From a virus (taxonomy: Duplodnaviria > Caudoviricetes), in the IMG/VR virus record IMGVR_UViG_3300035148_000244, positions 1-24,049 of that record: DNA of 24,049 bases. The stretch is one strand, 5' to 3'. Within the stretch, counting starts at the first letter, position 1. Each line of letters begins with the position of its first letter. Both the position numbers and the translations under genes were made by a program. Below the pieces are notes generated by a model that was given only the letters and a program-made list of their open reading frames with translations, searched no databases and had not been told where the DNA came from. This document shows positions 7,628 to 15,804 of the stretch, piece after piece.

Positions 7628-7849
7628 ATGGGGTGCTGTGACGACGGCCCGAAGGGCTGGCAGAAAGCGGTTGCGTCCGAGGAGCTGTGCTTCCGGTTCG
7701 TCCGCGTGCACGTCCTTACCTACATGGACGACGAAGTCATACCCCCGGGCGACTACGTCGTGCGGTGCCCAGCGCTGGATCTTGCCTTCCGCGTCAAGTC
7801 CGAGGACTTCGAGAAGTACTTCGAGCCGCTGATGCAGGAGCAGGCGTGA
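7628..7849 (+). CDS. Small hypothetical protein, 73 aa
   Basis: PGDYVVR...EDFEKYFEP resembles small phage GDY-motif proteins; TGATG coupling to the next gene. Confidence 0.6.
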   Translation: MGCCDDGPKGWQKAVASEELCFRFVRVHVLTYMDDEVIPPGDYVVRCPALDLAFRVKSEDFEKYFEPLMQEQA

Positions 7850-8439
7850 TGGCGAAGTTGGTCTCTCAGATGACGCCGGAAGAACACGAAGCGCACAAAG
7901 CCCGCAAGCGAGAGCAAGCGCGCGCTATGCGGGCAACCCCCGAGGGGCGGGCTCGCGCCAACGCCAACGCTGTGAGCTGGTATAGGCGAAACCCCGACAA
8001 GGCGCGAGCTTCTTTGAGGGCCTCACGAAAAAAGAACCGCGAGAAGCGCAAAGCGTACCTGGACGCTAATCGGGAGCGCAACCGCGCGTATCAGTGCGAC
8101 TACTACCGTCAAGTCACGAGAAAAAACAAGCCTCGTTCTCCGTTACGGCGCCCCCTGTCTCGCGAAACTCGGGCGCTTTTGGAGCGCGCACGCCGCGCGA
8201 ACAATTGGGCTCGACGCAAAGCGACAAAGCTGCGCGCTTGTCCGACGTGGGTGGATCGCGACCAGCTTCGCGGGATATACGTCGCAGCGCAGATACTTCG
8301 CGCCCAAGGCCACGACGTCCACGTCGACCACATCATCCCGTTGCGCGGCGAAACCGTGTCCGGGCTGCACGTTCCGTGGAACCTGCAGATCCTTCCAGCC
8401 AGAGAGAACTTGAGAAAGGGGAACCGTCATGCCGATTGA
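7849..8439 (+). CDS. HNH endonuclease with long basic helical N-terminus, 196 aa
   Basis: PTWVD...HVDHIIPLRG...VSGLHVPWNLQILPARENLRKGN. Start re-assigned to ATG 7849. Confidence 0.88.
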   Translation: MAKLVSQMTPEEHEAHKARKREQARAMRATPEGRARANANAVSWYRRNPDKARASLRASRKKNREKRKAYLDANRERNRAYQCDYYRQVTRKNKPRSPLRRPLSRETRALLERARRANNWARRKATKLRACPTWVDRDQLRGIYVAAQILRAQGHDVHVDHIIPLRGETVSGLHVPWNLQILPARENLRKGNRHAD

Positions 8440-10645
8440 CGTTGGTAAGGCCGGCGACACCTGGCTGCGCTATCAGTACCTCCGTGACAACGGTCACACC
8501 GACTACGTCAACAAGGCGAAGAAGTGCGAAGACTTCTTTGCCGGTCTCCAGTGGGACCCGAGCGACCTCGCCCTGCTGAAGGCAGTGCGGCGCCCTGCGT
8601 TGACCATCAACAAGATCATCTCGACCATCGCCAACGTGATGGGTGAGCAGATCTACAACCGCACCGACATCGCCTTCCGCCCGCGCAACGAGGGCGCCAC
8701 TCAGGCCGTCGCAGACGCCCTGACGAAGGTGTTCATGCAGATCAGCGACAACAACCAGCTGGAGTGGACGCGCAGTGACGTGTTTGCGGACGGAATTATT
8801 ACGTCCCGGGGCTTCTACGACGCGCGGCTACGATTCACTGACAGCCTGTTCGGCGAGGTGCAGGTCAGCCAGCTGAACCCGAAGAACGTCCTCATCGACT
8901 GCGACGCAGACGAGTACGACCCGGACAAGTGGAACGACGTGCTGGTCACCCGGTGGATGTCCCCGGACACCATCGCGCTGCTGTACAGCAAGGACGACGC
9001 GGAGAACCTCAAGGCCTCCGACCACTCGTTCTGGCCGTACAACTATGACGCGGTGGACCGGGACAGGGACCGGTTCGGCACTCAGCTTGCTGCGCCGTTC
9101 GGCGGGTCCGTTCACGAGATGCAGCACCTGATGCGCTTCGTGCGTGTCGTTGAGCGCCAGCACAAGACACTCGACGTGGTCGAGCATTTCGCGAGCGTGC
9201 GCCTGGGCGACATGCGCCCCGTGCCTTCCTCGTGGGAGAGGGATCGCATTGCGGCCTATTTGGCGACCAACCCTGAGCTCGTCGTCATCAAGAAGCGCGT
9301 TCCGCGCATCCGCTGGACCGTCGTCGCCGACAAGTACGTGCTGCACGACGACTGGTCGCCGTACAAGCGCTTTACCGTCGTGCCCTTCTTCCCGTTCTTC
9401 CGGCGCGGCAAGACAGTCGGGCTGGTCGAGAACCTCATCGGCCCGCAGGAGCTGCTCAACAAGTCGTCCAGTCAGGAACTGCACGTCATCAACACGACGG
9501 CGAACAGCGGCTGGAAGCTGAAGGCCGGCTCGCTGACGAACATGACGACTGGCGAGCTCGAAGCGCGCGGCGCGGAGACCGGCCTCGTCATCGAGCTGCA
9601 GGACGTCAAGGACGCGGAGAAGATCCAGCCCAACCAGATCCCCACCGGCCTCGACCGCATCACGTTCAAGGCCGAGGAGCACATCAAGACCATCTCCGGC
9701 ATCTCGGACTACCGCACGGGCAGCGCTCGCGAGGACGTGTCGGCCAAGGCCATCGGCAAGAACCAGGCCGCGGCCAGCGCCAACACCGCGAAGGTGATGG
9801 ACAACCTGCAGCGCACCGACGCGCTGCTCGCGCGACACATCCTGGACATGGTCCAGGAGTACTACACCGAAGAGCGCGTGGTGAACATCGTCACCGACAA
9901 GCTGCTCAACACGACCGAGCAGCTCACCGTGAACCAGGTCGGCCCCGAGGGGGCCATCGTCAACGACCTGACTCTTGGCGAGTACGTGGTCGTCGTCACG
10001 GCGCAGCCCGAGCGCGACACCTTCGAGGACACACAGTTCGACCACGCCATTGCCCTGCGCAAGGAAGGCGTGCAGCTGCCAGACAAGTACATCATCAAGT
10101 CGTCGAAGCTTCGCGACAAGGGCGAGATCGTGCAGGCCATGGAAGCGGCCGAGCAGGATCCCATCGCGCAGGAGCAGAAGCAGCTTGCCCTGGAGATGCA
10201 GAAAGGCGAGGTCCGCAAGGTCCACGCCGACGCATCGGCGAAGGAAGCAGACGCCGCGAAGAAGGTGGCAGAGGCTCAGAAGGACGCTGCTACCGACCAG
10301 AATGCCGAGTTCGTAGCCAAGATGCAGGAGCTCCAGCAGGAGTTCGAGCTCAAGAAGCGCGAGCTTGAGTTCAACATGCAACTCGAAACGATGAAGGCTC
10401 AGCAGGAGCTGGAGATCGAGCGCATGAAGGCAGAGACCAAGTTGCAGATCGAGCGGGAGATGGCCGAGCAGAAGAAAGCTCTGGTCGACGCTCAGGTCAC
10501 CGCAACGCACGCACAGGCAGCAGCCACCATCAAGACGGCCGACGCAAAGGCCGAGGCGATGAAGGCGGCTCCTGCATCCGCCGCTGCCAGCGGCTCGGGA
10601 AGCTCCGCCGACACGGGGGCAAAGCCTAAGAAAGGTGCTAAATGA
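8429..10645 (+). CDS. Portal protein, P22-like, with C-terminal coiled-coil barrel
   Basis: 738 aa; GLQWDP...RPALTINKI, FTVVPFF...GLVENLIGPQELLNK, a long Q/E/K coiled-coil tail, and position after the terminase. Confidence 0.92.
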   Translation: MPIDVGKAGDTWLRYQYLRDNGHTDYVNKAKKCEDFFAGLQWDPSDLALLKAVRRPALTINKIISTIANVMGEQIYNRTDIAFRPRNEGATQAVADALTKVFMQISDNNQLEWTRSDVFADGIITSRGFYDARLRFTDSLFGEVQVSQLNPKNVLIDCDADEYDPDKWNDVLVTRWMSPDTIALLYSKDDAENLKASDHSFWPYNYDAVDRDRDRFGTQLAAPFGGSVHEMQHLMRFVRVVERQHKTLDVVEHFASVRLGDMRPVPSSWERDRIAAYLATNPELVVIKKRVPRIRWTVVADKYVLHDDWSPYKRFTVVPFFPFFRRGKTVGLVENLIGPQELLNKSSSQELHVINTTANSGWKLKAGSLTNMTTGELEARGAETGLVIELQDVKDAEKIQPNQIPTGLDRITFKAEEHIKTISGISDYRTGSAREDVSAKAIGKNQAAASANTAKVMDNLQRTDALLARHILDMVQEYYTEERVVNIVTDKLLNTTEQLTVNQVGPEGAIVNDLTLGEYVVVVTAQPERDTFEDTQFDHAIALRKEGVQLPDKYIIKSSKLRDKGEIVQAMEAAEQDPIAQEQKQLALEMQKGEVRKVHADASAKEADAAKKVAEAQKDAATDQNAEFVAKMQELQQEFELKKRELEFNMQLETMKAQQELEIERMKAETKLQIEREMAEQKKALVDAQVTATHAQAAATIKTADAKAEAMKAAPASAAASGSGSSADTGAKPKKGAK

Positions 10646-11586
10646 CCACAGCAGCAGATCGTGGAGACGAGTTCGACCTGCCCACTGACGACACGGCCGC
10701 GGCAGCGGCGCCCGTGAAGGAAGAGGAAGGGAAGGCTCCTGAGAAGGAAGTCGCCAAGGCCGACGTCGACGCGACTGACAAGACCGACGCCGAGGGCGGC
10801 GAAGAGAAGGCTGAGAAGCGCATCCCGAAGAACCCGGTTCCGAAGGAGCGGCTCGACCAGGAGATCGCCAAGCGGCGCGCCGCTGAGCAGCGCGCGGCGG
10901 AGCGGATCCAGGAGCTTGAGCGGCAGATCCAGGACCAGCGGCGCTCGGCAGACGTCGAAGCGCTTGAGTCGGAGATCACCAAGCTCGACGAGCAGTACGA
11001 CGACGCCATCGCCGACGGCGAGAAGACCCGGGCGAAGGAGATCCGCGCCAAGATCCGCGAGCTTGAGCGGAAAGTGACGCGCGCCGAGTCTGCTCAACAG
11101 GCCCTGCACGCGAAAACGGCAGCTGTGGCCGAGCTGAAGTACGACATGGCTCTGTCGCAGATCGAGATGGACTATCCGGAGCTCAACCCGGACGACGACA
11201 CCAACTTCGACGCCGACCGGGCGCAGGAGGTGGCCGATCTCATCGACGCACTGAAGCGGAAGGGCAACTCACCAGATGCCGCTCTGCGCAAGGCGGTCAA
11301 GTACGTGATGGGTCCGCCCAAGCGTACGCAGGAGGCGGCGGACAAGGCCGACCGGGACATCGAGCGCGACGGTCTGCGCCGGCAGCGCGAGGAAGAGGCC
11401 CGGAAGAAGGTCGCCGACGCGGCCAAGCGCACCCCGGCCAGTACTACTGAAGCCGGTACTGACCACGATAAGGTTGGTTCCGGCACCGGTATGCCGTCCG
11501 CGGCGGACATCGCCCGCATGCGCCACGAGCAGTTCGTCAAGCTGGACGAGGCGGCTCTGCGGCGCGCCCGGGGAGACGACCTGTGA
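10642..11586 (+). CDS. Capsid scaffolding protein
   Basis: Acidic N-terminus, VPKERLDQEI followed by coiled coil, YPELNPD...FD, C-terminal RRARGDDL; lies between portal and capsid genes. Confidence 0.8.
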   Translation: MTTAADRGDEFDLPTDDTAAAAAPVKEEEGKAPEKEVAKADVDATDKTDAEGGEEKAEKRIPKNPVPKERLDQEIAKRRAAEQRAAERIQELERQIQDQRRSADVEALESEITKLDEQYDDAIADGEKTRAKEIRAKIRELERKVTRAESAQQALHAKTAAVAELKYDMALSQIEMDYPELNPDDDTNFDADRAQEVADLIDALKRKGNSPDAALRKAVKYVMGPPKRTQEAADKADRDIERDGLRRQREEEARKKVADAAKRTPASTTEAGTDHDKVGSGTGMPSAADIARMRHEQFVKLDEAALRRARGDDL

Positions 11587-11885
11587 TGGACGACCGGCAG
11601 TTCACTCCGGAGGAGTTCGCCATCTGGCTACACGGCTACTCCTCGGCGAAGCCCGAGATCCTGGACGAGCAGACGCGGAGCGCGCTACACGGCGTGATTG
11701 CGTTCCTCACGGGTCGAAAGCTTCGGGGGATGAGCGAGCGCGCGGCGCTGGAAGGGCTGAAGGCGGGAAAAATCGCCAACTGGCCCCCCGCGCAGCCGTC
11801 CCCTACGTACGTTGGGTCCCCCACGTGGGTTACTGACAACACCGCAGCCCCCATCGGGATGGCGCAGACAGTCACCTCTCCCTGA
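11583..11885 (+). CDS. Hypothetical protein, ~100 aa
   Basis: Coupled to the scaffold stop; FTPEEFAIWLHGY resembles a small phage family. Confidence 0.65.
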   Translation: MMDDRQFTPEEFAIWLHGYSSAKPEILDEQTRSALHGVIAFLTGRKLRGMSERAALEGLKAGKIANWPPAQPSPTYVGSPTWVTDNTAAPIGMAQTVTSP

Positions 11886-11891
11886 TGCGCT

Positions 11892-12158
11892 GTGTTCCGG
11901 TCAAACTGTCTCCTGTGGGCAATAAGACAACGCGTGCGGTACGGCGGGCGGCTTCATTTCAAGCGTTCGCCGCACCACCGCCTCATCTTTCGCACCCTTT
12001 GGGAGTCCAAGGACGGCCGGTTCTGGTATTACGGCCCGCTTTTTCCTCGTAGGGACTGGCGGGCCGTCTATCACAAGATCTGGTTCCACGGCGAAGTGCG
12101 CGAAGCGACCCCCGAAGGGAAGCACAAACCACGTCGCCGCTTGCCCGTCTCCAAGTGA
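11892..12158 (+). CDS. Basic, aromatic-rich hypothetical protein, 88 aa
   Basis: SNCLLWA...GG...RS...WFHGEV pattern resembles small phage proteins. GTG start with no clear SD. Confidence 0.55.
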   Translation: MFRSNCLLWAIRQRVRYGGRLHFKRSPHHRLIFRTLWESKDGRFWYYGPLFPRRDWRAVYHKIWFHGEVREATPEGKHKPRRRLPVSK

Positions 12159-12170
12159 TTGATTTATCAT
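12141..12170 (+). promoter_or_regulatory. Candidate promoter TTGCCC-N18-TATCAT with an overlapping IHF consensus (12152-12164)
   Basis: Partial sigma70 match upstream of the capsid leader; caagtgattgatt matches YAANNNNTTGATW. Confidence 0.35.
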
Positions 12171-12176
12171 TCGGAT

Positions 12177-12303
12177 TGTCGGATGTCCGCCCCGACAGCG
12201 CGGACCGAGTACCGACCTCGTCAAAGTCGACCGCAGCACGCGATCCCAGCGGCGTACGCAGGGGCTTTGGTTGACTTTTCCTTTCCTTTGACGAGGTGGC
12301 CTC
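12177..12303 (+). promoter_or_regulatory. Structured 5' leader of the major capsid gene that sequesters the SD
   Basis: acctcgtcaaag (12215-12226) is the perfect reverse complement of ctttgacgaggt (12286-12297), which contains the SD GAGGT. Confidence 0.6.
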
Positions 12304-13410
12304 ATGGCACTTACCAACTTTGCGGCTCTGACGGACGAACAGAAGACCGTCTGGTCGATGGACCTGTGGAAGCAGGCCCGCAACTACAGCTTCGTGAACA
12401 AGTTCCTGTCGAAAGGCACGAACAGCATCATCACGCACGTTGACGAGCTGACGAAAACCGAGAAAGGCGCTCGCGCCGTCCTCACGCTGCTGAACGACCT
12501 GGTTGGCGACGGTGTCGCGGGTGACCGCACGCTGGAAGGCAACGAGGAAGCGCTGAAGACCTCGGATCAAGTGATCCGGATCGACCAGATCCGTCACGCC
12601 AACCGGCACGAAGGCCGCATGGCCGACCAGAAGTCGGTGGTCCGCTTCCGCGAGAACTCGCGCGACATGCTGGCCTACTGGCTTGCCGACCGGATTGACC
12701 AGATGGCGTTCCTGACGCTGTCCGGCCAGTCGTACACCCTGAAGCCCAACGGCGCCACCCGCGTCGGTTCGGACTTCCCGTTCCTGGAGTTCGCTGCCGA
12801 CGTGTCGGCCCCGAGCACCCAGCGGGTCGTTCGTTGGGACAAGACCAACGGTCTCGTCACCTCGGGCGCTGCGACCAGCGACGTTGCCACGGAGGACACC
12901 CCGACGTGGAAGCTGTTCGTGGATCTGAAAGCCTACGCCAAGGATCAGTACATCCGCGGTGTCCAGGACGGCGACGGAGAGGAGACGTTCCACGTCTTCA
13001 TGACGCCGCAGGCCATGGCCAGGCTGAAGCTCGACGACACGTTCATGCAGAACGTCCGGCACGCCATGGAGCGCGGCAGCAAGAACCCGCTCTTCACGGG
13101 CAGCACCGTCAAGCTGGATGGGATGTACTTCCACGAGTTCCGCCACGTGTTCAACACGGCTGGTACGGCGACGAAGTGGGGTAACGGCAATGCTGTCGAG
13201 GGTTGCCAGATCCTGTTCTGCGGTGCGCAGGCGCTCGGCATGGCCGACATCGGTGCCCCGATCTGGGTCGAGGAAGGTTTCGACTACGAGAACCAGCAGG
13301 GCATTTCGGTGGCGAAGATCCTCGGCTTCCTGAAGCCGAAGTTCAACTCCATCTACAGCGGGAACACCACGCAGGACTTCGGCGTGATCTCCTGCTACGC
13401 TGCGCAGTAA
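12304..13410 (+). CDS. Major capsid protein (N4-gp56 / DUF4043-like, HK97 fold)
   Basis: 368 aa; LEGNEEAL...IDQIRHA, PLFTG...LDGMYFHE, ILFCGAQALGMA, DYENQQGI, QDFGVI; strongly biased codons. Confidence 0.92.
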   Translation: MALTNFAALTDEQKTVWSMDLWKQARNYSFVNKFLSKGTNSIITHVDELTKTEKGARAVLTLLNDLVGDGVAGDRTLEGNEEALKTSDQVIRIDQIRHANRHEGRMADQKSVVRFRENSRDMLAYWLADRIDQMAFLTLSGQSYTLKPNGATRVGSDFPFLEFAADVSAPSTQRVVRWDKTNGLVTSGAATSDVATEDTPTWKLFVDLKAYAKDQYIRGVQDGDGEETFHVFMTPQAMARLKLDDTFMQNVRHAMERGSKNPLFTGSTVKLDGMYFHEFRHVFNTAGTATKWGNGNAVEGCQILFCGAQALGMADIGAPIWVEEGFDYENQQGISVAKILGFLKPKFNSIYSGNTTQDFGVISCYAAQ

Positions 13411-13443
13411 GGCAGCGGGTACCCCTTTGATCAGGAGATCGCA

Positions 13444-13887
13444 ATGGCCAAACTGAAAGCAACCCGCACCGCTCAGCCTGTCATGCTGGCTGAGTTCACC
13501 TGGAACTTCAACGACACCATGGTCAACACGGTCGGCAACACCGTGGACTTCGGTGCGGTGAACCTGGGTGGGGCCGCTGGCAAATTCGACGTCATCAACC
13601 TCCCGGTTGGTGCCGTCGTTGTCGGTGGCTCGCTGACCGTCGAGACGGCGTTCGACACCGCCGGCTATGACGTGACCGTCGGCGATTCCGGCTCGGAAAA
13701 CCGGTACCTGACGTCGACCGACGTCAAGAGCACCGGCCAGACCGCGCTGGTTCCGACCGGCTATCACGGCACGGGTCAGAACATCCGCATCACGATGTCG
13801 TCCGACGACGCTTGCACGACCGGCAAAGCAACGCTGCGCGTGGAGTACGTCATCGACGGCCGCGCGACGGAAGTCAACCCGGTCTAA
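13444..13887 (+). CDS. Putative capsid decoration/cement protein, 147 aa
   Basis: Beta-rich LPVGAVVVGGSLTVETAFD...VTVGD, directly after the capsid gene; AGGAG SD. Confidence 0.7.
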   Translation: MAKLKATRTAQPVMLAEFTWNFNDTMVNTVGNTVDFGAVNLGGAAGKFDVINLPVGAVVVGGSLTVETAFDTAGYDVTVGDSGSENRYLTSTDVKSTGQTALVPTGYHGTGQNIRITMSSDDACTTGKATLRVEYVIDGRATEVNPV

Positions 13888-13898
13888 TCGACCGGCCT

Positions 13899-13926
13899 GA
13901 ATCCGGGGGCCTAGGCCCCCGGATTC
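13899..13926. repeat. Perfect 28-bp palindrome (hairpin; terminator/stabiliser)
   Basis: gaatccgggggcct|aggcccccggattc, preceded by the small hairpin ccggtc-taatc-gaccgg. Confidence 0.8.
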
Positions 13927-13956
13927 GCATCTGCCCTACCACTCTGGAGAAAAACC

Positions 13957-14385
13957 ATGCCCATGATGGTCCTGCGTCGCACCTACCACTTGCTCACTAC
14001 GAAGGGCCACTCGGCCTACTTCAAGGCGGGTGTCCCGACGCACGTGTCACCTGCAATCGTCGCCGAGGCAATCGCCATCGGCGCAGAACTGGCCCCCGGA
14101 GAAGCGCCGGTGGACATCACCCCGCATGTGCCCGCTGGCCCGAACTCCGGTCCGGCCGACGCCATGGCCCGGGAACAAGACATCCTCGAAGCGATCAACC
14201 TGTTGGTCGCCGAGAACCACCGCGAGACGTTCGCCGCCTCCGGCATCCCCAAGACCACCGCGATTGAGAAGATCGTGGAGTACAAGGTCGACAAGCGCGA
14301 AGTGCAGACCGTGTGGACGCGGCGCGCCGAGCGCATCGCCTCCGGTGAGCTCGACTCGCTTGGACATCCTGTTGTGGGTGCGTGA
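13957..14385 (+). CDS. Hypothetical head-associated protein, 142 aa
   Basis: GGAG SD; C-terminal FAASGIPKTTAIEKIVEYKVDKREVQTVW small helical domain. Confidence 0.75.
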   Translation: MPMMVLRRTYHLLTTKGHSAYFKAGVPTHVSPAIVAEAIAIGAELAPGEAPVDITPHVPAGPNSGPADAMAREQDILEAINLLVAENHRETFAASGIPKTTAIEKIVEYKVDKREVQTVWTRRAERIASGELDSLGHPVVGA

Positions 14386-15065
14386 TGGACTCCACCAGCC
14401 TGTACGACCGCTTCCGGTCTGAGGTGTACGACTCGAAGGAGCCGTACCTCTGGACTGACGACGAGGTGTTCCAGTACATGGACGCCGCGCAGAAGACGCT
14501 CGTACGGGCCACCGGTGGTATCGCCGACTCGACGTCCGACATGACCAAGATCTCGGTCGTCGCCGGCGAGCCGTGGGTCACGCTCGATTCGAAGGTGCTG
14601 ACGATCCGCAGGGCGCAGCTGGAGTCATCTGGCCGCGTCCTGACCCTTCTCAACCACGAGAACCTGGATTCGTTCGTCGACACGTACGACTATGGGCTGC
14701 AGCGCGGCCCGCGCATCACGAACGAGACCGGCCCGGTCCGCTACATGGTTCTGAACATGGACCAGGACAAAGTCCGGCTCATCGCTGTGCCGGCCGAAGC
14801 CGACACGATCCAGCTGACCGTGTACCGCCTTCCGCTGACGTCCATCCTGGGCATCGGCCAAGCGTTCGAAGTGCCTGAACAGCACCACGAGCACCTGCTG
14901 GTCGGCATGAAAGCGCTGGCCTACCGCAAGCAGGACGCGGAGACCCGCAACGACAAGGCGGCGATGATGAACGAGGCGGCCTTCACCGCCTACTGTCAGC
15001 AGGTGCGCCGCGAGCGCGAGCGCCGCGAGCACAAGCCCCGCACGATTGCGTATGGAGGCCTCTGA
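14382..15065 (+). CDS. Head-to-tail adaptor (podovirus-type), ~227 aa
   Basis: D...PYLWTDDEVFQYMDAAQ and EVPEQHHEHLL...LAYRKQDAET adaptor pattern; position fits. Confidence 0.7.
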   Translation: MMDSTSLYDRFRSEVYDSKEPYLWTDDEVFQYMDAAQKTLVRATGGIADSTSDMTKISVVAGEPWVTLDSKVLTIRRAQLESSGRVLTLLNHENLDSFVDTYDYGLQRGPRITNETGPVRYMVLNMDQDKVRLIAVPAEADTIQLTVYRLPLTSILGIGQAFEVPEQHHEHLLVGMKALAYRKQDAETRNDKAAMMNEAAFTAYCQQVRRERERREHKPRTIAYGGL

Positions 15066-15217
15066 TGAAGATGCTGAACGAGAAGAAGCCGTTCTGGACC
15101 AGGTGGCGTGACGCCATCACGGGTCTGTTCGTCAAGAAGACTGACGCGCTTGGCAACCCGACGACTACGGTCGGCGAGACGGTCAAGCGCAAGCCCCGCG
15201 CCAAGAAGGTGAGCTGA
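15065..15217 (+). CDS. 50-aa basic protein (MKMLNEKKPFWTRWRDAITGLFVKKTDALGNPTTTVGETVKRKPRAKKVS), absent from the ORF track
   Basis: TGATG coupling at both ends; GGAGG SD. Confidence 0.75.
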   Translation: MKMLNEKKPFWTRWRDAITGLFVKKTDALGNPTTTVGETVKRKPRAKKVS

Positions 15218-15795
15218 TGCCAGCAGCGCCGATCAACCTGGAGGTTCTGCAGGGCGCCACGTTCAGGTACCCCCTGACGTGGTACTCGGGCAAGGTGATG
15301 AAGCCGATCACGGACATCTCGTCCGCGGCCCCGGCCGTCGTCACTGCGGCCGGCCACGGCCTGCCGGCCAACCCGATCCCGGTCACGATCACGAACGTGA
15401 AGGGCCTGCGGCTTCCGGCCACGTCGATCCGCGCGACGCGCATTGACGTGTCGACGTTCAACATCGATCTCGACACGACCGGCCTTGGCACGTACCGCAG
15501 CGGCGGCACGCTCACGTACCACGCGCCGGTGAACCTGGCCGGCTACACAGCTCTCATGCAGATTCGGCCTCAACTGTCCTCGCCGGACACCGACATCATC
15601 CTGGAGCTGGACGAGAGCAGCGGAATTACCCTTGGCGGATCAGAGGGTTCCGTGCTCATCGAGATCGATGCCGCGACCACGGCTACGTTAAACTTCGCCT
15701 CAGCGGTATATGACCTGGAGCTCGTCTCCCCCACTGGCGTGGTCACGCGCCTGATGGAGGGGAAAGTCACGCTCCGGAAGGAAGTCACACGGTAA
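15217..15795 (+). CDS. Virion structural beta-sandwich protein with an inserted small beta domain, 192 aa
   Basis: NLEVLQGATF...PVNLAGYTALMQIR...AVYDLELVSPTGVVTRLMEGKVTLRKEVTR; insert ITDISSAAPAVVTAAGHGL. Confidence 0.75.
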   Translation: MPAAPINLEVLQGATFRYPLTWYSGKVMKPITDISSAAPAVVTAAGHGLPANPIPVTITNVKGLRLPATSIRATRIDVSTFNIDLDTTGLGTYRSGGTLTYHAPVNLAGYTALMQIRPQLSSPDTDIILELDESSGITLGGSEGSVLIEIDAATTATLNFASAVYDLELVSPTGVVTRLMEGKVTLRKEVTR

Positions 15796-15804
15796 GGAGC
15801 GGCC

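Noticed and set aside
674-7848. Long N-terminal extensions in the ORF track (starts at 1291, 2453, 3094, 3057, 4223, 7687)
   Set aside because: They overlap neighbouring genes or hairpins; downstream ATGs with SDs or stop-start coupling fit better.
11983-13767. 594-aa antisense ORF over the capsid and decoration genes (likewise 8828-10510, 1395-2507, 18151-19266)
   Set aside because: These look like shadow frames caused by GC-rich codon bias of the real genes; they show no motifs or SDs.
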